DNA of 64,000 nt from an uncultured Solirubrobacterales bacterium. GTDB lineage: Bacteria; Actinomycetota; Thermoleophilia; Solirubrobacterales; 70-9. The stretch spans positions 487,013 to 551,012 of the forward strand of contig CAWJWL010000001.1 in the NCBI GenBank assembly GCA_963846565.1. The letters run 5' to 3'. Of this stretch, positions 9,145 to 17,331 are shown one piece after another. Under the pieces are notes generated by a model that searched no databases, had not been told where the DNA came from, and saw only the letters and a program-made list of their open reading frames with translations. Made by a program: the position numbers and the translations under genes. Position 1 is the first letter of the stretch, and each line of letters starts with the position of its first letter.

Positions 9145-10839
9145 GTGGCGAGGCTCTCGACCTACTTCCTTCCCACCCTCCGCGAGGATCCGGCGGACGC
9201 CGAGGCGCTCTCGCACCGCCTGCTCGTCCGCGCCGGCCTCATCCGCCAGCTGGGCGCGGGCCTTTGGACCTGGCTCCCCGCGGGCTACCGCGTCGTCAAG
9301 CGGGTCGAGGCGGTCATCCGCGAGGAGATGGACGAGATCGGCGGCCAGGAGATGCTGATGCCGGTGCTCCAGCCCGCCGAGCTCTGGCAGAAGACCGGGC
9401 GCTACGACATCGACGAGCTGTTCAAGCTCGATGACCGCAAGGGCTCGCCGCACGTTCTCGCGATGACCCACGAGGAGGCGCTCACCTTCCACATCGCCCG
9501 CGACGTGCGTTCCTATCGCGAGCTGCCAAAGCTGCTCTACCACCTCCAGGTGAAGGAGCGCGACGAACCGCGTCCCCGCGCCGGCATCCTGCGAACGCGC
9601 GAGTTCACGATGAAGGACGCCTACTCGTTCGACCGCGACGACGAGGGCCTCGACGCCAGCTACGAGCTCAACCGAGGCGCCTACGCGCGCATCTACGACC
9701 GGTGCGGCCTGCGCTGGTACGAGGTCAAGTCCGACGTCGGGATGATGGGAGGCACGGACGCCCACGAGTACATGGCCCCGTGTCCGGCGGGCGAGGACGA
9801 CATCGCGCTCGCGCCCGGCTACGCCGCCAACGTCGAGGTCGCCTCGGCGCAGGCGCAGGAGGTCGAGCTCCCGCCCCCGCTCGACTCTCCGCGCGAGGCG
9901 CCGACCCCCGGGCTGAAGACCGTCGAGGCGGTCTCGGAGGCGCTCGGCGTCCCCGCCGGCGCGGCCCTGAAGGCGATCCCCGTCGAGGTCGAGGGCCGCG
10001 GAATGGTCCTGGTGCTCGTCCGCGGCGACCACACGCTCAACGAGATCAAGCTCCGCAACGCACTCGGCGCCGACTTCCGCCAAGCCACACCCGCGGAGAT
10101 CGAGGCCGCGCTCGGCCCGCCCGGCTTCATCGGCCCCGTCGGCGGCACGGTCCCGGTGATCAAGGACGCCGCGATCCAGGGCTCGGGCTTCTTCGCCGGC
10201 GCCAACAAGGCCGACACGCACCTGATCGGGGTGGAGCCCGGACGCGACTTCGAGTTCGAGGAGCTCGACGTGCGCACGGTCGTCGCCGGCGACGTCGCCC
10301 CAGGTGGCGACCCGATCGAGATCGTGCCGGCGATCGAGGTCGGCAACATCTTCAAGCTCGGCTCCCGGTACTCGGAGCCACTCGGTGCCACGTTCCTCGA
10401 GGAGGACGGCTCCGAACATCCCGTTGTGATGGGCTGCTACGGGATCGGCTCCGCGCGAATCGTGGCCGCGGCGGTCGAGCAGAACGCGGACGAGAAGGGG
10501 ATCGTCTGGCCGCGCGCCCTCGCCCCCTGGGACGTCCACCTCGTCTCGCTCGGCCGCAAGGGCGATGAGGCCGTCCAGGCGGCGGAGAAGCTCTACGAGG
10601 AGCTCCGCGCAGCCGGGCTCGAGGTCATCTACGACGACCGTGAGGCGGGGGCGGGGGAGAAGCTCACCGACGCCGAGCTCCTCGGCTGCCCGCTGCGGAT
10701 CGTGGTCGGCAAGCGGGCCCTCGCCGATGGTGAGGTGGAGGCGTCCGAGCGCGCGAGCGGGCGCGAGGAGCGGATCCCGCTCGCCAACGTCCCCGGCCGC
10801 GCCGCGGAGATCCTGGACGGGCTCGGTGGCGGAGACTGA
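9145..10839 (+). CDS. proS: Prolyl-tRNA synthetase (bacterial type with editing insertion)
   Basis: (V)ARLSTYFLPTLREDPADAE N-terminus, HEEA, FRDE-like KERDEPRPRAGILRTREFTMKD, GCYGIGSARI. GTG start at 9145 is in frame. Confidence 0.92.
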   Translation: MARLSTYFLPTLREDPADAEALSHRLLVRAGLIRQLGAGLWTWLPAGYRVVKRVEAVIREEMDEIGGQEMLMPVLQPAELWQKTGRYDIDELFKLDDRKGSPHVLAMTHEEALTFHIARDVRSYRELPKLLYHLQVKERDEPRPRAGILRTREFTMKDAYSFDRDDEGLDASYELNRGAYARIYDRCGLRWYEVKSDVGMMGGTDAHEYMAPCPAGEDDIALAPGYAANVEVASAQAQEVELPPPLDSPREAPTPGLKTVEAVSEALGVPAGAALKAIPVEVEGRGMVLVLVRGDHTLNEIKLRNALGADFRQATPAEIEAALGPPGFIGPVGGTVPVIKDAAIQGSGFFAGANKADTHLIGVEPGRDFEFEELDVRTVVAGDVAPGGDPIEIVPAIEVGNIFKLGSRYSEPLGATFLEEDGSEHPVVMGCYGIGSARIVAAAVEQNADEKGIVWPRALAPWDVHLVSLGRKGDEAVQAAEKLYEELRAAGLEVIYDDREAGAGEKLTDAELLGCPLRIVVGKRALADGEVEASERASGREERIPLANVPGRAAEILDGLGGGD

Positions 10840-10954
10840 GACGCCGGTACGCCGCCGCTTCTCGAAGCGGCGCCTGTTCGGGATCGATCGATCCGGGCCA
10901 CCGCCGAGCTCAACCAGGGCAGGCGCCCCGCTGCACCCCTGGACGATCCCGAAC

Positions 10955-11479
10955 ATGGTCGGGTACCTGCGGCTCGCCGCGCTGCCCGTCTTCTGCGTAC
11001 TCGCCTTCTCCTCGGAGGACGGGCGCGAGCTGGCGCCGGCGCTGATCTACTTCTGCATCGCTTTCGGCGACTACGTCGACGGCTTCCTCGCCCGCGCGAC
11101 CGGCCAGTACTCGCGCATGGGCGCCCTCCTCGACCCGGTCATCGACCGCCTCACGGTGCTCGCGGGCGCCGCCGTGTGCTGGCATTTCGAGCTCCTGCCC
11201 CGGTGGGCGATCGCCCTGCTCGCCGTCCGTGAGGTGGCCACGCTCGTGCTCGCCCGGATGGCGCTTCGCCGCGGGATCGACCTCGAGATCAACTGGATCG
11301 GCCGGGTCGGCGTCTTCCTCGTCTTCGGCGGGATCTTCTGGAGCATGGTCGTCGACTGGTGGATCATCCAGGCGGGCTTCGTCGTCGGCGTCGCGATCTC
11401 GATCCTCGCCACCCTCGTCTACGTGCGGGCGGCACGGACCCGCCCGCCGTCCCACCCGGCACCCGCCGCCCCCGGCTGA
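10955..11479 (+). CDS. pgsA: CDP-alcohol phosphatidyltransferase (PgsA-like)
   Basis: The DG(x2)AR(x8)G(x3)D(x3)D signature is present as DYVDGFLARATGQYSRMGALLDPVIDR. Coordinates start at the first ATG. The conserved WTIPN lies upstream without an ATG/GTG/TTG, so the true start is uncertain. Confidence 0.8.
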   Translation: MVGYLRLAALPVFCVLAFSSEDGRELAPALIYFCIAFGDYVDGFLARATGQYSRMGALLDPVIDRLTVLAGAAVCWHFELLPRWAIALLAVREVATLVLARMALRRGIDLEINWIGRVGVFLVFGGIFWSMVVDWWIIQAGFVVGVAISILATLVYVRAARTRPPSHPAPAAPG

Positions 11480-11489
11480 GCGCCTGGGC

Positions 11490-11693
11490 CTACGACTCTG
11501 CGGCGGACTCGTTTGCGATCCGCAGGCCGACGCCGTTGGCGGGGGCCTCGCGGTTACCGCCCTGGGGGGAGAGATCCACGCGCTCGGCGGCGAGGGCGGC
11601 GGGATCGCGCACCCGCGGGTCGAGGCTGACGCGCGGTTCCGGATCACGGTCGAAAGCCGCCGCAACGGCGGTTCGAACAGGTCCCGGGCGCAA
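11490..11693 (-). CDS. Possible small ORF or remnant (67 aa, TTG start), function unknown
   Basis: Codon third positions are mostly G/C and the composition is protein-like (DRDPEPRVSLDPRVRDPAALAAERVDL). It is immediately preceded by an in-frame TGA and has no recognisable family. Confidence 0.25.
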   Translation of the reverse strand: MRPGPVRTAVAAAFDRDPEPRVSLDPRVRDPAALAAERVDLSPQGGNREAPANGVGLRIANESAAES

Positions 11694-11864
11694 TCACCGA
11701 CCGCGGCGAGGCCGGGGCGAACCGCCTCGCGTTCCGGGGCCGGGTCGGTGGCACGAGGCTCGCACCCGGTCGCCCGCGCGAGCCCGGGGCGGAGCGCCGG
11801 CGGACGACATTCGGCGTCGGCCCCTGAGTGCGCGCCGGTCTCCTTGCAAACGCTCAAGCTCTAC

Positions 11865-11891
11865 TTGAAGTTTGGCTTCAAGCCGTATAAT
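11865..11891 (+). promoter_or_regulatory. Sigma-70-like promoter candidate for the small-protein/FHA/MerR genes
   Basis: TTGAAG (11865-11870), a 15-nt spacer, then a perfect TATAAT (11886-11891) in a locally AT-rich patch. Overlaps the inverted repeat CTTGAAG-TTTGG-CTTCAAG. Confidence 0.45.
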
Positions 11892-11953
11892 CGCGGCCAG
11901 CCGGCTGGATGCCGGGTAAGGGCGCTCGGCCCCAGGGGAGTTCAAGGAGTCCA

Positions 11954-12229
11954 ATGAACACTGACTACGACGAGACGTTTCCCGACATCGGGTCGATGAG
12001 CGACGAGGAGCTCAAGACCCTGATCAACGAGCTCACCGACGAGGAGCGCGAGGTGTCCTATCGGCGCCGCGTCCTCCACGGCAAGATCGACATCCTCCGT
12101 GCCGAGCTCGTCAACCGCCTCAAGGTGAAGCGGGAGGCCGGAGACGCGGCGCTCACCGGCGCCGACGTCCAGCAGCTCACCGACATCCTGCTCGGCAAGG
12201 TTCCGACGCCGGACGAGCAGACCGGGTAG
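11954..12229 (+). CDS. Small coiled-coil protein with an RsiG-like ExxxSxxRxxxHxxxD signature
   Basis: AAGGAG RBS 6 nt upstream of ATG 11954. EEREVSYRRRVLHGKIDILRAEL (E31, S35, R38, H42, D46). Confidence 0.6.
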   Translation: MNTDYDETFPDIGSMSDEELKTLINELTDEEREVSYRRRVLHGKIDILRAELVNRLKVKREAGDAALTGADVQQLTDILLGKVPTPDEQTG

Positions 12230-12239
12230 GTCGAATCGG

Positions 12240-12710
12240 ATGGCGGTCCACTGCCCGGAGTGCGGCTTCGTCAACCCCGAGGGCGCCAACTACTGCCAGA
12301 AGTGCGGCGCCTACCTCGGGCGGCCGGAGGGTGCGGACGAGCCGACGACGATGACCTACAAGGTCGATGAGACCGGTGAGTACACGCCGATCGACATCGA
12401 CGAGGAGGTCGGCAAGGCCGGCGCCGCACTCGTGATCCGCTCCGGCGGCGGTCGCGCGGGGGAGAGCTTCACCGTTGAGCAGGAGCGGATCAGCATCGGG
12501 CGCACACCGGACGCCGGTGTGTTCCTCGACGACGTCACCGTCTCGCGCAACCACGCGCTGCTGGTCCGCCGCCAAGACGGCTACTACATCGACGACCTCG
12601 GGTCGTTGAACGGGACCTATGTCAACCGCCGCCGGATCGAGTCGCACAGGCTCTCCGACGGCGACGAGATCCAGGTCGGCAAGTACAAGCTCAGCTATTT
12701 GGAGCGGTGA
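12240..12710 (+). CDS. Zinc-ribbon + FHA domain protein (GarA/OdhI-like architecture)
   Basis: N-terminal CPECG...CQKCG. FHA core RISIGRTPDAGVFLDDVTVSRNHALL...DLGSLNGTYVN. Confidence 0.88.
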   Translation: MAVHCPECGFVNPEGANYCQKCGAYLGRPEGADEPTTMTYKVDETGEYTPIDIDEEVGKAGAALVIRSGGGRAGESFTVEQERISIGRTPDAGVFLDDVTVSRNHALLVRRQDGYYIDDLGSLNGTYVNRRRIESHRLSDGDEIQVGKYKLSYLER

Positions 12711-12779
12711 GGGGTGGAGCGCATGGCGATCGCGACCGGAAAGCGAATCAGCGGCTCGAACGGTGAGGAGGGGACCACC

Positions 12780-13496
12780 ATGCGCCGTGAGGGCGGCGAC
12801 TCGCGCCCGCGCAAGGCATTGACGATCGGCGCGGTGGCGAAGATCCTCGGGCAGGAGTTCAAGGACATCTCGATCTCGAAGATCCGCTATCTCGAGGACC
12901 AGAAACTGCTCACCCCGCGCCGGACGCAGGGCGGCTACCGCCTCTACAGCCAGGCCGACGTCGAGCGTTTGCGCGCGATTCTGCGCATGCAGCGCGACGA
13001 GTTCCTGCCCCTGCGGGTGATCCGGCAGGAGCTCGCAACCGGGGACTTCACCGGCAGGCGCCCGAGCGGTGAGAGCCAGAAGCGCCGAGCGGCTTCGGTG
13101 GGTGAGCGAGTGACGACGTTCACGAGGGAGGAGCTGCTCGAGCAGGCCGGGGTCGGCGACCAGTTCTTGCGCGAGCTGCAGGAGTTCGGCGTGGTCCAGC
13201 CAGAGCGCCGCGGCGGCGGATCCGCCTTCGACGAGACCGACCTCGAGATCGTCCGTGCCGCCTCCGAGCTCTCCAAGTTCGGCGTCGCCGGGCGCAACCT
13301 GCGCGTCTTCAAGACGTCGGCGGACCGCGAATCGGCGCTACTGGAGCAGCTGCTGGGCGCCCAGCTGCGCTCCCGGAGTCAGGCGCGGCGCAAGGAGGCG
13401 GTCGAGAACCTCGAGAGCCTCGCGGCGGTCTGCGGGCACCTCAAGCATCTGCTCCTCGTCCGGGACCTGAGGCGGCTCAAGGCCACCGCGGAATAG
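12780..13496 (+). CDS. MerR family transcriptional regulator (FtsR-like)
   Basis: LTIGAVAKILGQEFKDISISKIRYLEDQKLLTPRRTQGGYRLYSQADVERL. Start at ATG 12780, which has a GAGGAGG RBS. The alternatives GTG 12714 and ATG 12723 are possible. Confidence 0.85.
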   Translation: MRREGGDSRPRKALTIGAVAKILGQEFKDISISKIRYLEDQKLLTPRRTQGGYRLYSQADVERLRAILRMQRDEFLPLRVIRQELATGDFTGRRPSGESQKRRAASVGERVTTFTREELLEQAGVGDQFLRELQEFGVVQPERRGGGSAFDETDLEIVRAASELSKFGVAGRNLRVFKTSADRESALLEQLLGAQLRSRSQARRKEAVENLESLAAVCGHLKHLLLVRDLRRLKATAE

Positions 13497-13507
13497 CGCG
13501 TGCCGGG

Positions 13508-13969
13508 ATGCCGAAGGTCACGCGCAGCAGGGTGATCGCGTCCGAGCCCGAGCGGGTCTGGGCCCTCGTTTCCGACCCGCACAACCTGCCCCGTTGGTGG
13601 CCCCGGGTGGTCCGGGTCGAGGACGTTCGCGACCCCGGCGGCAAGCGCGCGCGCTGGACGGCTGTGCTCGAGACGGACCGCGGGACAGGCGTTCGCGCCG
13701 ATTACCGATGCACCGGCGCGACCGCCGCCGAGCGCTACGAGTGGGCGCAGGAGATCGCCGGGACGCCGTTCGAGAAGATCCTCAAGTCCTCGACGGTGGA
13801 GCTCAAGATCCGCCCCGCCGATCAGGGGGCGAAGGTGACGCTGGCGGGATCCGAGCAGCTCCGCGGGCTCTCCCGCCTCGGCTCGACGATGGTCAGGGGC
13901 GCCGCGCGGCGCCGTCTCGACGACGCCCTCGACGGGATCGAGAACGCGCTCGTCGGCCCAGCCGACTGA
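13508..13969 (+). CDS. SRPBCC (START/polyketide-cyclase-like) family protein
   Basis: N-terminal IASEPERVWALVSDPHNLPRWWP is typical of the family. 153 aa. Confidence 0.7.
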   Translation: MPKVTRSRVIASEPERVWALVSDPHNLPRWWPRVVRVEDVRDPGGKRARWTAVLETDRGTGVRADYRCTGATAAERYEWAQEIAGTPFEKILKSSTVELKIRPADQGAKVTLAGSEQLRGLSRLGSTMVRGAARRRLDDALDGIENALVGPAD

Positions 13970-13977
13970 GCGCCGCT

Positions 13978-15003
13978 CTACTCCTCGGTGCCGGCTCCGC
14001 CCTCGGCGCCCGCGCCGCCGCCGGCGCCGGGAACCTTGCCCTCGAGGACCGTCTCACCGGGCTTCTCGAGCACGAGCGCGGTTTCGTCGATCGCATCACG
14101 GACGATGTTTTGGATCTCCGTCACGGGCGCGATCGAGACGTCGACCGTCTGCACCCGCGCGACGATCTGAAGCACCGCGCTCGGGATCGAGAAGCGGTCC
14201 TGGAAGCTGCCCCGTTCGTTGACCACGATCGGCGACAGCGGGTAGCCCTGCTCGCCGTCCAGCATCAGCCAGACCACGTAGGTCTGATCCTGCGGCGCCG
14301 GATCGAGGCCCTCGATCGCGATGTCGACGTAGGGCTGGTCCGCCGTTGCGATGCCGAAGATCGCCTGGCCGCGCGCGTCGCCGCCGTTCGTCGCCCGCAA
14401 GGTGACCTGCTCGATCTGCTCGCCCTCGTCGGCGGCGGTCTGCGGCGTTGTGGTTGAGGCATCGCCGCTGTCGGAGGCGGTGCTCGTGTCGTCGCCCCCG
14501 CCGCCGAAGGCGCCGGTGATCCCGAGCACGACGACGAGCAGGAGCACGGCGCCCGCGCCGAGGCCGACCATCAGCCGCGTCTGGCTCTGCGAGAAGGCCG
14601 GTCCGCTCCCGGTCCCCTCGACGCTTGCGGCCTCAGCGCCGGCCGCCGGTTTGCGCACGCGGCGCGGCTGACGCGCCTCGCCCGGAAGCCGCGGGAGCTC
14701 GGCATTCGGATACATCGTCCGCAGCGTCTCGCTCAGCTCGCTCGCGAGCCGGTGGTCCTCGGGGTCGTCGCGGAGGTGGCGGACCGCGTCGGCGCGGCCG
14801 ATCGGGTCGGCCTGGCCGAGCAGGTAGTCGGTGAGGCCGACATTTCGGTCTGGATCGGTTCCGGCGAGTTCGGTGAGCGCCGCGCGAGCGCGGTTGCGGA
14901 CGGTGTCCTCGTCGCCGCCGAGGAGCTGGGCCAGGCTCTCGTAGGACTGCCCGCGCTCGAGCACGAGCTGCAGGGTCGCGTTTTGCTCGCTGCTCAGCGC
15001 CAT
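13978..15003 (-). CDS. Membrane protein with an N-terminal sigma-70 region-4-like HTH, one TM segment and a C-terminal RskA-like anti-sigma domain
   Basis: LSSEQNATLQLVLERGQSYESLAQLLGGDEDTVRNRARAAL. TM segment LMVGLGAGAVLLLVVVLGITGAF. C-terminal YVVWLMLDGEQGYPLSPIVV. Start at MALSSEQ. Confidence 0.6.
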   Translation of the reverse strand: MALSSEQNATLQLVLERGQSYESLAQLLGGDEDTVRNRARAALTELAGTDPDRNVGLTDYLLGQADPIGRADAVRHLRDDPEDHRLASELSETLRTMYPNAELPRLPGEARQPRRVRKPAAGAEAASVEGTGSGPAFSQSQTRLMVGLGAGAVLLLVVVLGITGAFGGGGDDTSTASDSGDASTTTPQTAADEGEQIEQVTLRATNGGDARGQAIFGIATADQPYVDIAIEGLDPAPQDQTYVVWLMLDGEQGYPLSPIVVNERGSFQDRFSIPSAVLQIVARVQTVDVSIAPVTEIQNIVRDAIDETALVLEKPGETVLEGKVPGAGGGAGAEGGAGTEE

Positions 15004-15089
15004 TTGCAGCGGAGACCTTACGGCCTGGGGGATAAGGAGCACGTAAGTTCAGAGTCGGCTGCGAGCTCCGTGGCAGCTACCCTGCGGCC

Positions 15090-15491
15090 GTGAACGAGCG
15101 GACGCCACCAGGGCCCGAGTCCGATCTCGCAAGCGCGATCGGGGTCGAGTACCTCGATGACGGGCCCGATCCCGCGACCGCGCGCGTGCCGGTCACGGAT
15201 GCAGTGCGCCAGCCCTACGGGATCGTCCACGGCGGCGCCTACTCGACGATCGCGGAGAGCATCGCATCGCGCTCGACCTGGATCGCGGTCCGCGACGAGG
15301 GCATGCTCGCGTTCGGCCAGTCGAGCAACGCGACGTTCCTCCGACCGATCGCGGAGGGGACGATCCACGCGACCGCCCGCCCGATTCAACGAGGGCGGAC
15401 GACCTGGGTCTGGGACTGCGAGATCAGCGACGATGAGGGGCGCCTGTGCGCCGTCGTGCGGATGACGATCGCCGTTCGGCCTTCCAGATGA
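15090..15491 (+). CDS. PaaI/hotdog-fold thioesterase
   Basis: GIVHGGAYSTIAES motif. 133 aa. Confidence 0.8.
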   Translation: MNERTPPGPESDLASAIGVEYLDDGPDPATARVPVTDAVRQPYGIVHGGAYSTIAESIASRSTWIAVRDEGMLAFGQSSNATFLRPIAEGTIHATARPIQRGRTTWVWDCEISDDEGRLCAVVRMTIAVRPSR

Positions 15492-15497
15492 CCGAAT

Positions 15498-15544
15498 CCG
15501 AATTCCCGCGCACGCGGATGGCGCACACGCGAAGTCGAATTCGG
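15498..15544. repeat. Inverted repeat between convergent genes (possible bidirectional terminator)
   Basis: CCGAATTC (15498-15505) pairs with GAATTCGG (15537-15544). Inner small hairpin CCGCG-CA-CGCGG. AT-richer than the surroundings. Confidence 0.3.
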
Positions 15545-15548
15545 CTAT

Positions 15549-17201
15549 CTAGCCTTCGTAGCGATTCGTGATCGGCAGTCGCCGGTCGCGCCCGAATGCC
15601 TTCGTCGTGATCCGGATCCCGGGAGCGGCCTGGCGGCGCTTGTACTCGGCGCGGTTGACGAGCCGGATCACGTCCTCCGCGACCTCGCCCGGGACGCCCT
15701 CGGCGACGAGCTCGTCGCGCGAGAGGTCGCGCTCGATATAGCCCTCGAGCGCCCGGTCGAGGAGCTCGTAGGGAGGGAGTGAGTCCTCATCGCGCTGACC
15801 GGGGCGGAGCTCGGCCGAGGGCGGCCGCTCGATGATCGACGCGGGGACGAGCGCGCCGCGGGCGATCGCGTTGCGATGCTCGACGAGCTCGTAGACGAGC
15901 CGCTTCGGCACGTCCTTGATCACGGAGAGCGCCCCCGCCATGTCGCCGTAGAGCGTCGAGTAGCCGACCGAGGTCTCGCTCTTGTTCCCGGTCGCGAGCA
16001 CAAGCGATCCGCGCGAGTTCGAGAGCGCCATCAGCAGGTTGCCGCGGATCCTCGCCTGCACGTTCTCGGCCGCCAGCCCCTCGATCCCACCCGCGGCCTC
16101 GAGGATCTCGTCGTAGGCGGTCATCGCCGGCTCGATCGGCAGCTCGACCAGTTCGGTGCCGAGGCTCTTCGCCAGCGTGCGCGCGTCCCCCTGCGTCTCG
16201 TCGCTCGAGTGCGGGGAGGGCATGACCACGCAGGTGACCCGTTCGGCGCCGAGCGCGTCGACGGCGAGCAGCGCGACGAGCGCGGAGTCGATCCCGCCCG
16301 ACAGCCCGAGGACCGCCCGCTCGAAGCCGTTCTTACGCACGTAGTCGCGGAGGCCGAGCGTGAGCGCCGCGTAGACCTCGTCGACATCGTCGAGCGGCTG
16401 CTCGAGCCGCTGTTCGGCCTCACCGTCCACGTCCCAGACCAGCAGGTCCTCCTCGAACTGCTTCGCGCGCGCGATCACCGCCCCCGCGGCGTCGACGACG
16501 AAGCTGTGGCCGTCGAAGACGAGATCGTCCTGGCCGCCGACGAGGTTGCAGCAGGCGATCGGGACGCCGAGCTCACGGGCGCGCTCGGCGAACATCCCCT
16601 CGCGCTCGGTTCCCTTTCCGCGCAGATAGGGAGAGGCGGAGGGGTTGAGGATCAGCTCGGCGCCGCGCTCCACCGCGAGCGAGGCCGGCGGCCCGGGCTC
16701 CCAGAGGTCCTCGCAGATCGTCAGGCCGATCGCCCGCCCGGCGAGCGTCGCAATCTGGGGCTCGGTCCCGGGCTCGAAGTAGCGGACCTCGTCGAAGACT
16801 CCGTAGTTGGGGAGCCGGGACTTGCGGTAGACCGAACGCACCTCGCCGCCCTCGAGCACGGCGAGCGAGTTGTGCGCGGGGCGCCGCCCGGGCGCGTCGG
16901 GCCGGGCGGCTCGCGGGCCACCCGTCGGCTCGGCGAACCCGACGAGCGCGGCAATCCCGCCGGTGGCCTCCCCCGCGAGCGCGGTCAGCGCGCGGACGTT
17001 GGCGTCCAGGAAGTGGCTCTTCAGGTAGAGATCCTCGGCCGGGTACCCGGGCAGGCAGAGCTCGGGGAAGACGACGAGCGAGGCGCCGGCGTCTCGGGCG
17101 CGCCCGATCCAGTCTGAGATCAGGGCCGTATTCCCGTCCAGGTCGCCGACCGTCGGGTTCACCTGCGCGAGCGCAATCCGCACCTTTTCCGCCTCCGGCA
17201 T
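15549..17201 (-). CDS. nadE: Glutamine-dependent NAD+ synthetase
   Basis: N-terminal CN-hydrolase domain (VVFPELCLPGYP, LTICEDLW) plus a C-terminal synthetase P-loop LGLSGGIDSAL. Confidence 0.92.
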   Translation of the reverse strand: MPEAEKVRIALAQVNPTVGDLDGNTALISDWIGRARDAGASLVVFPELCLPGYPAEDLYLKSHFLDANVRALTALAGEATGGIAALVGFAEPTGGPRAARPDAPGRRPAHNSLAVLEGGEVRSVYRKSRLPNYGVFDEVRYFEPGTEPQIATLAGRAIGLTICEDLWEPGPPASLAVERGAELILNPSASPYLRGKGTEREGMFAERARELGVPIACCNLVGGQDDLVFDGHSFVVDAAGAVIARAKQFEEDLLVWDVDGEAEQRLEQPLDDVDEVYAALTLGLRDYVRKNGFERAVLGLSGGIDSALVALLAVDALGAERVTCVVMPSPHSSDETQGDARTLAKSLGTELVELPIEPAMTAYDEILEAAGGIEGLAAENVQARIRGNLLMALSNSRGSLVLATGNKSETSVGYSTLYGDMAGALSVIKDVPKRLVYELVEHRNAIARGALVPASIIERPPSAELRPGQRDEDSLPPYELLDRALEGYIERDLSRDELVAEGVPGEVAEDVIRLVNRAEYKRRQAAPGIRITTKAFGRDRRLPITNRYEG

Positions 17202-17331
17202 GTTGAGCAGTATGCAACCGGTCTTCGGTCGCGGTAACGGGGGGGTCGCCGTTAGCCCTTCCGGGCGCGTGTTCGCGCCCTAACATCCCGCATTCGATTC
17301 AGCCCGTAACGACGAGAAAGCGCAGGAGAAC

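Noticed and set aside
9091-10956. 621-aa minus-strand ORF.
   Set aside because: It is fully antisense to proS, has a low-complexity R/D/L/G composition and matches no family.
11655-11685. tRNA-like T-arm sequence GGTTCGAAC, and a similar GGGTTCGACTCC near 36000.
   Set aside because: The flanking bases cannot form T-stems or acceptor stems, and the second site is inside the kinase coding sequence. I found no tRNA genes in the window.
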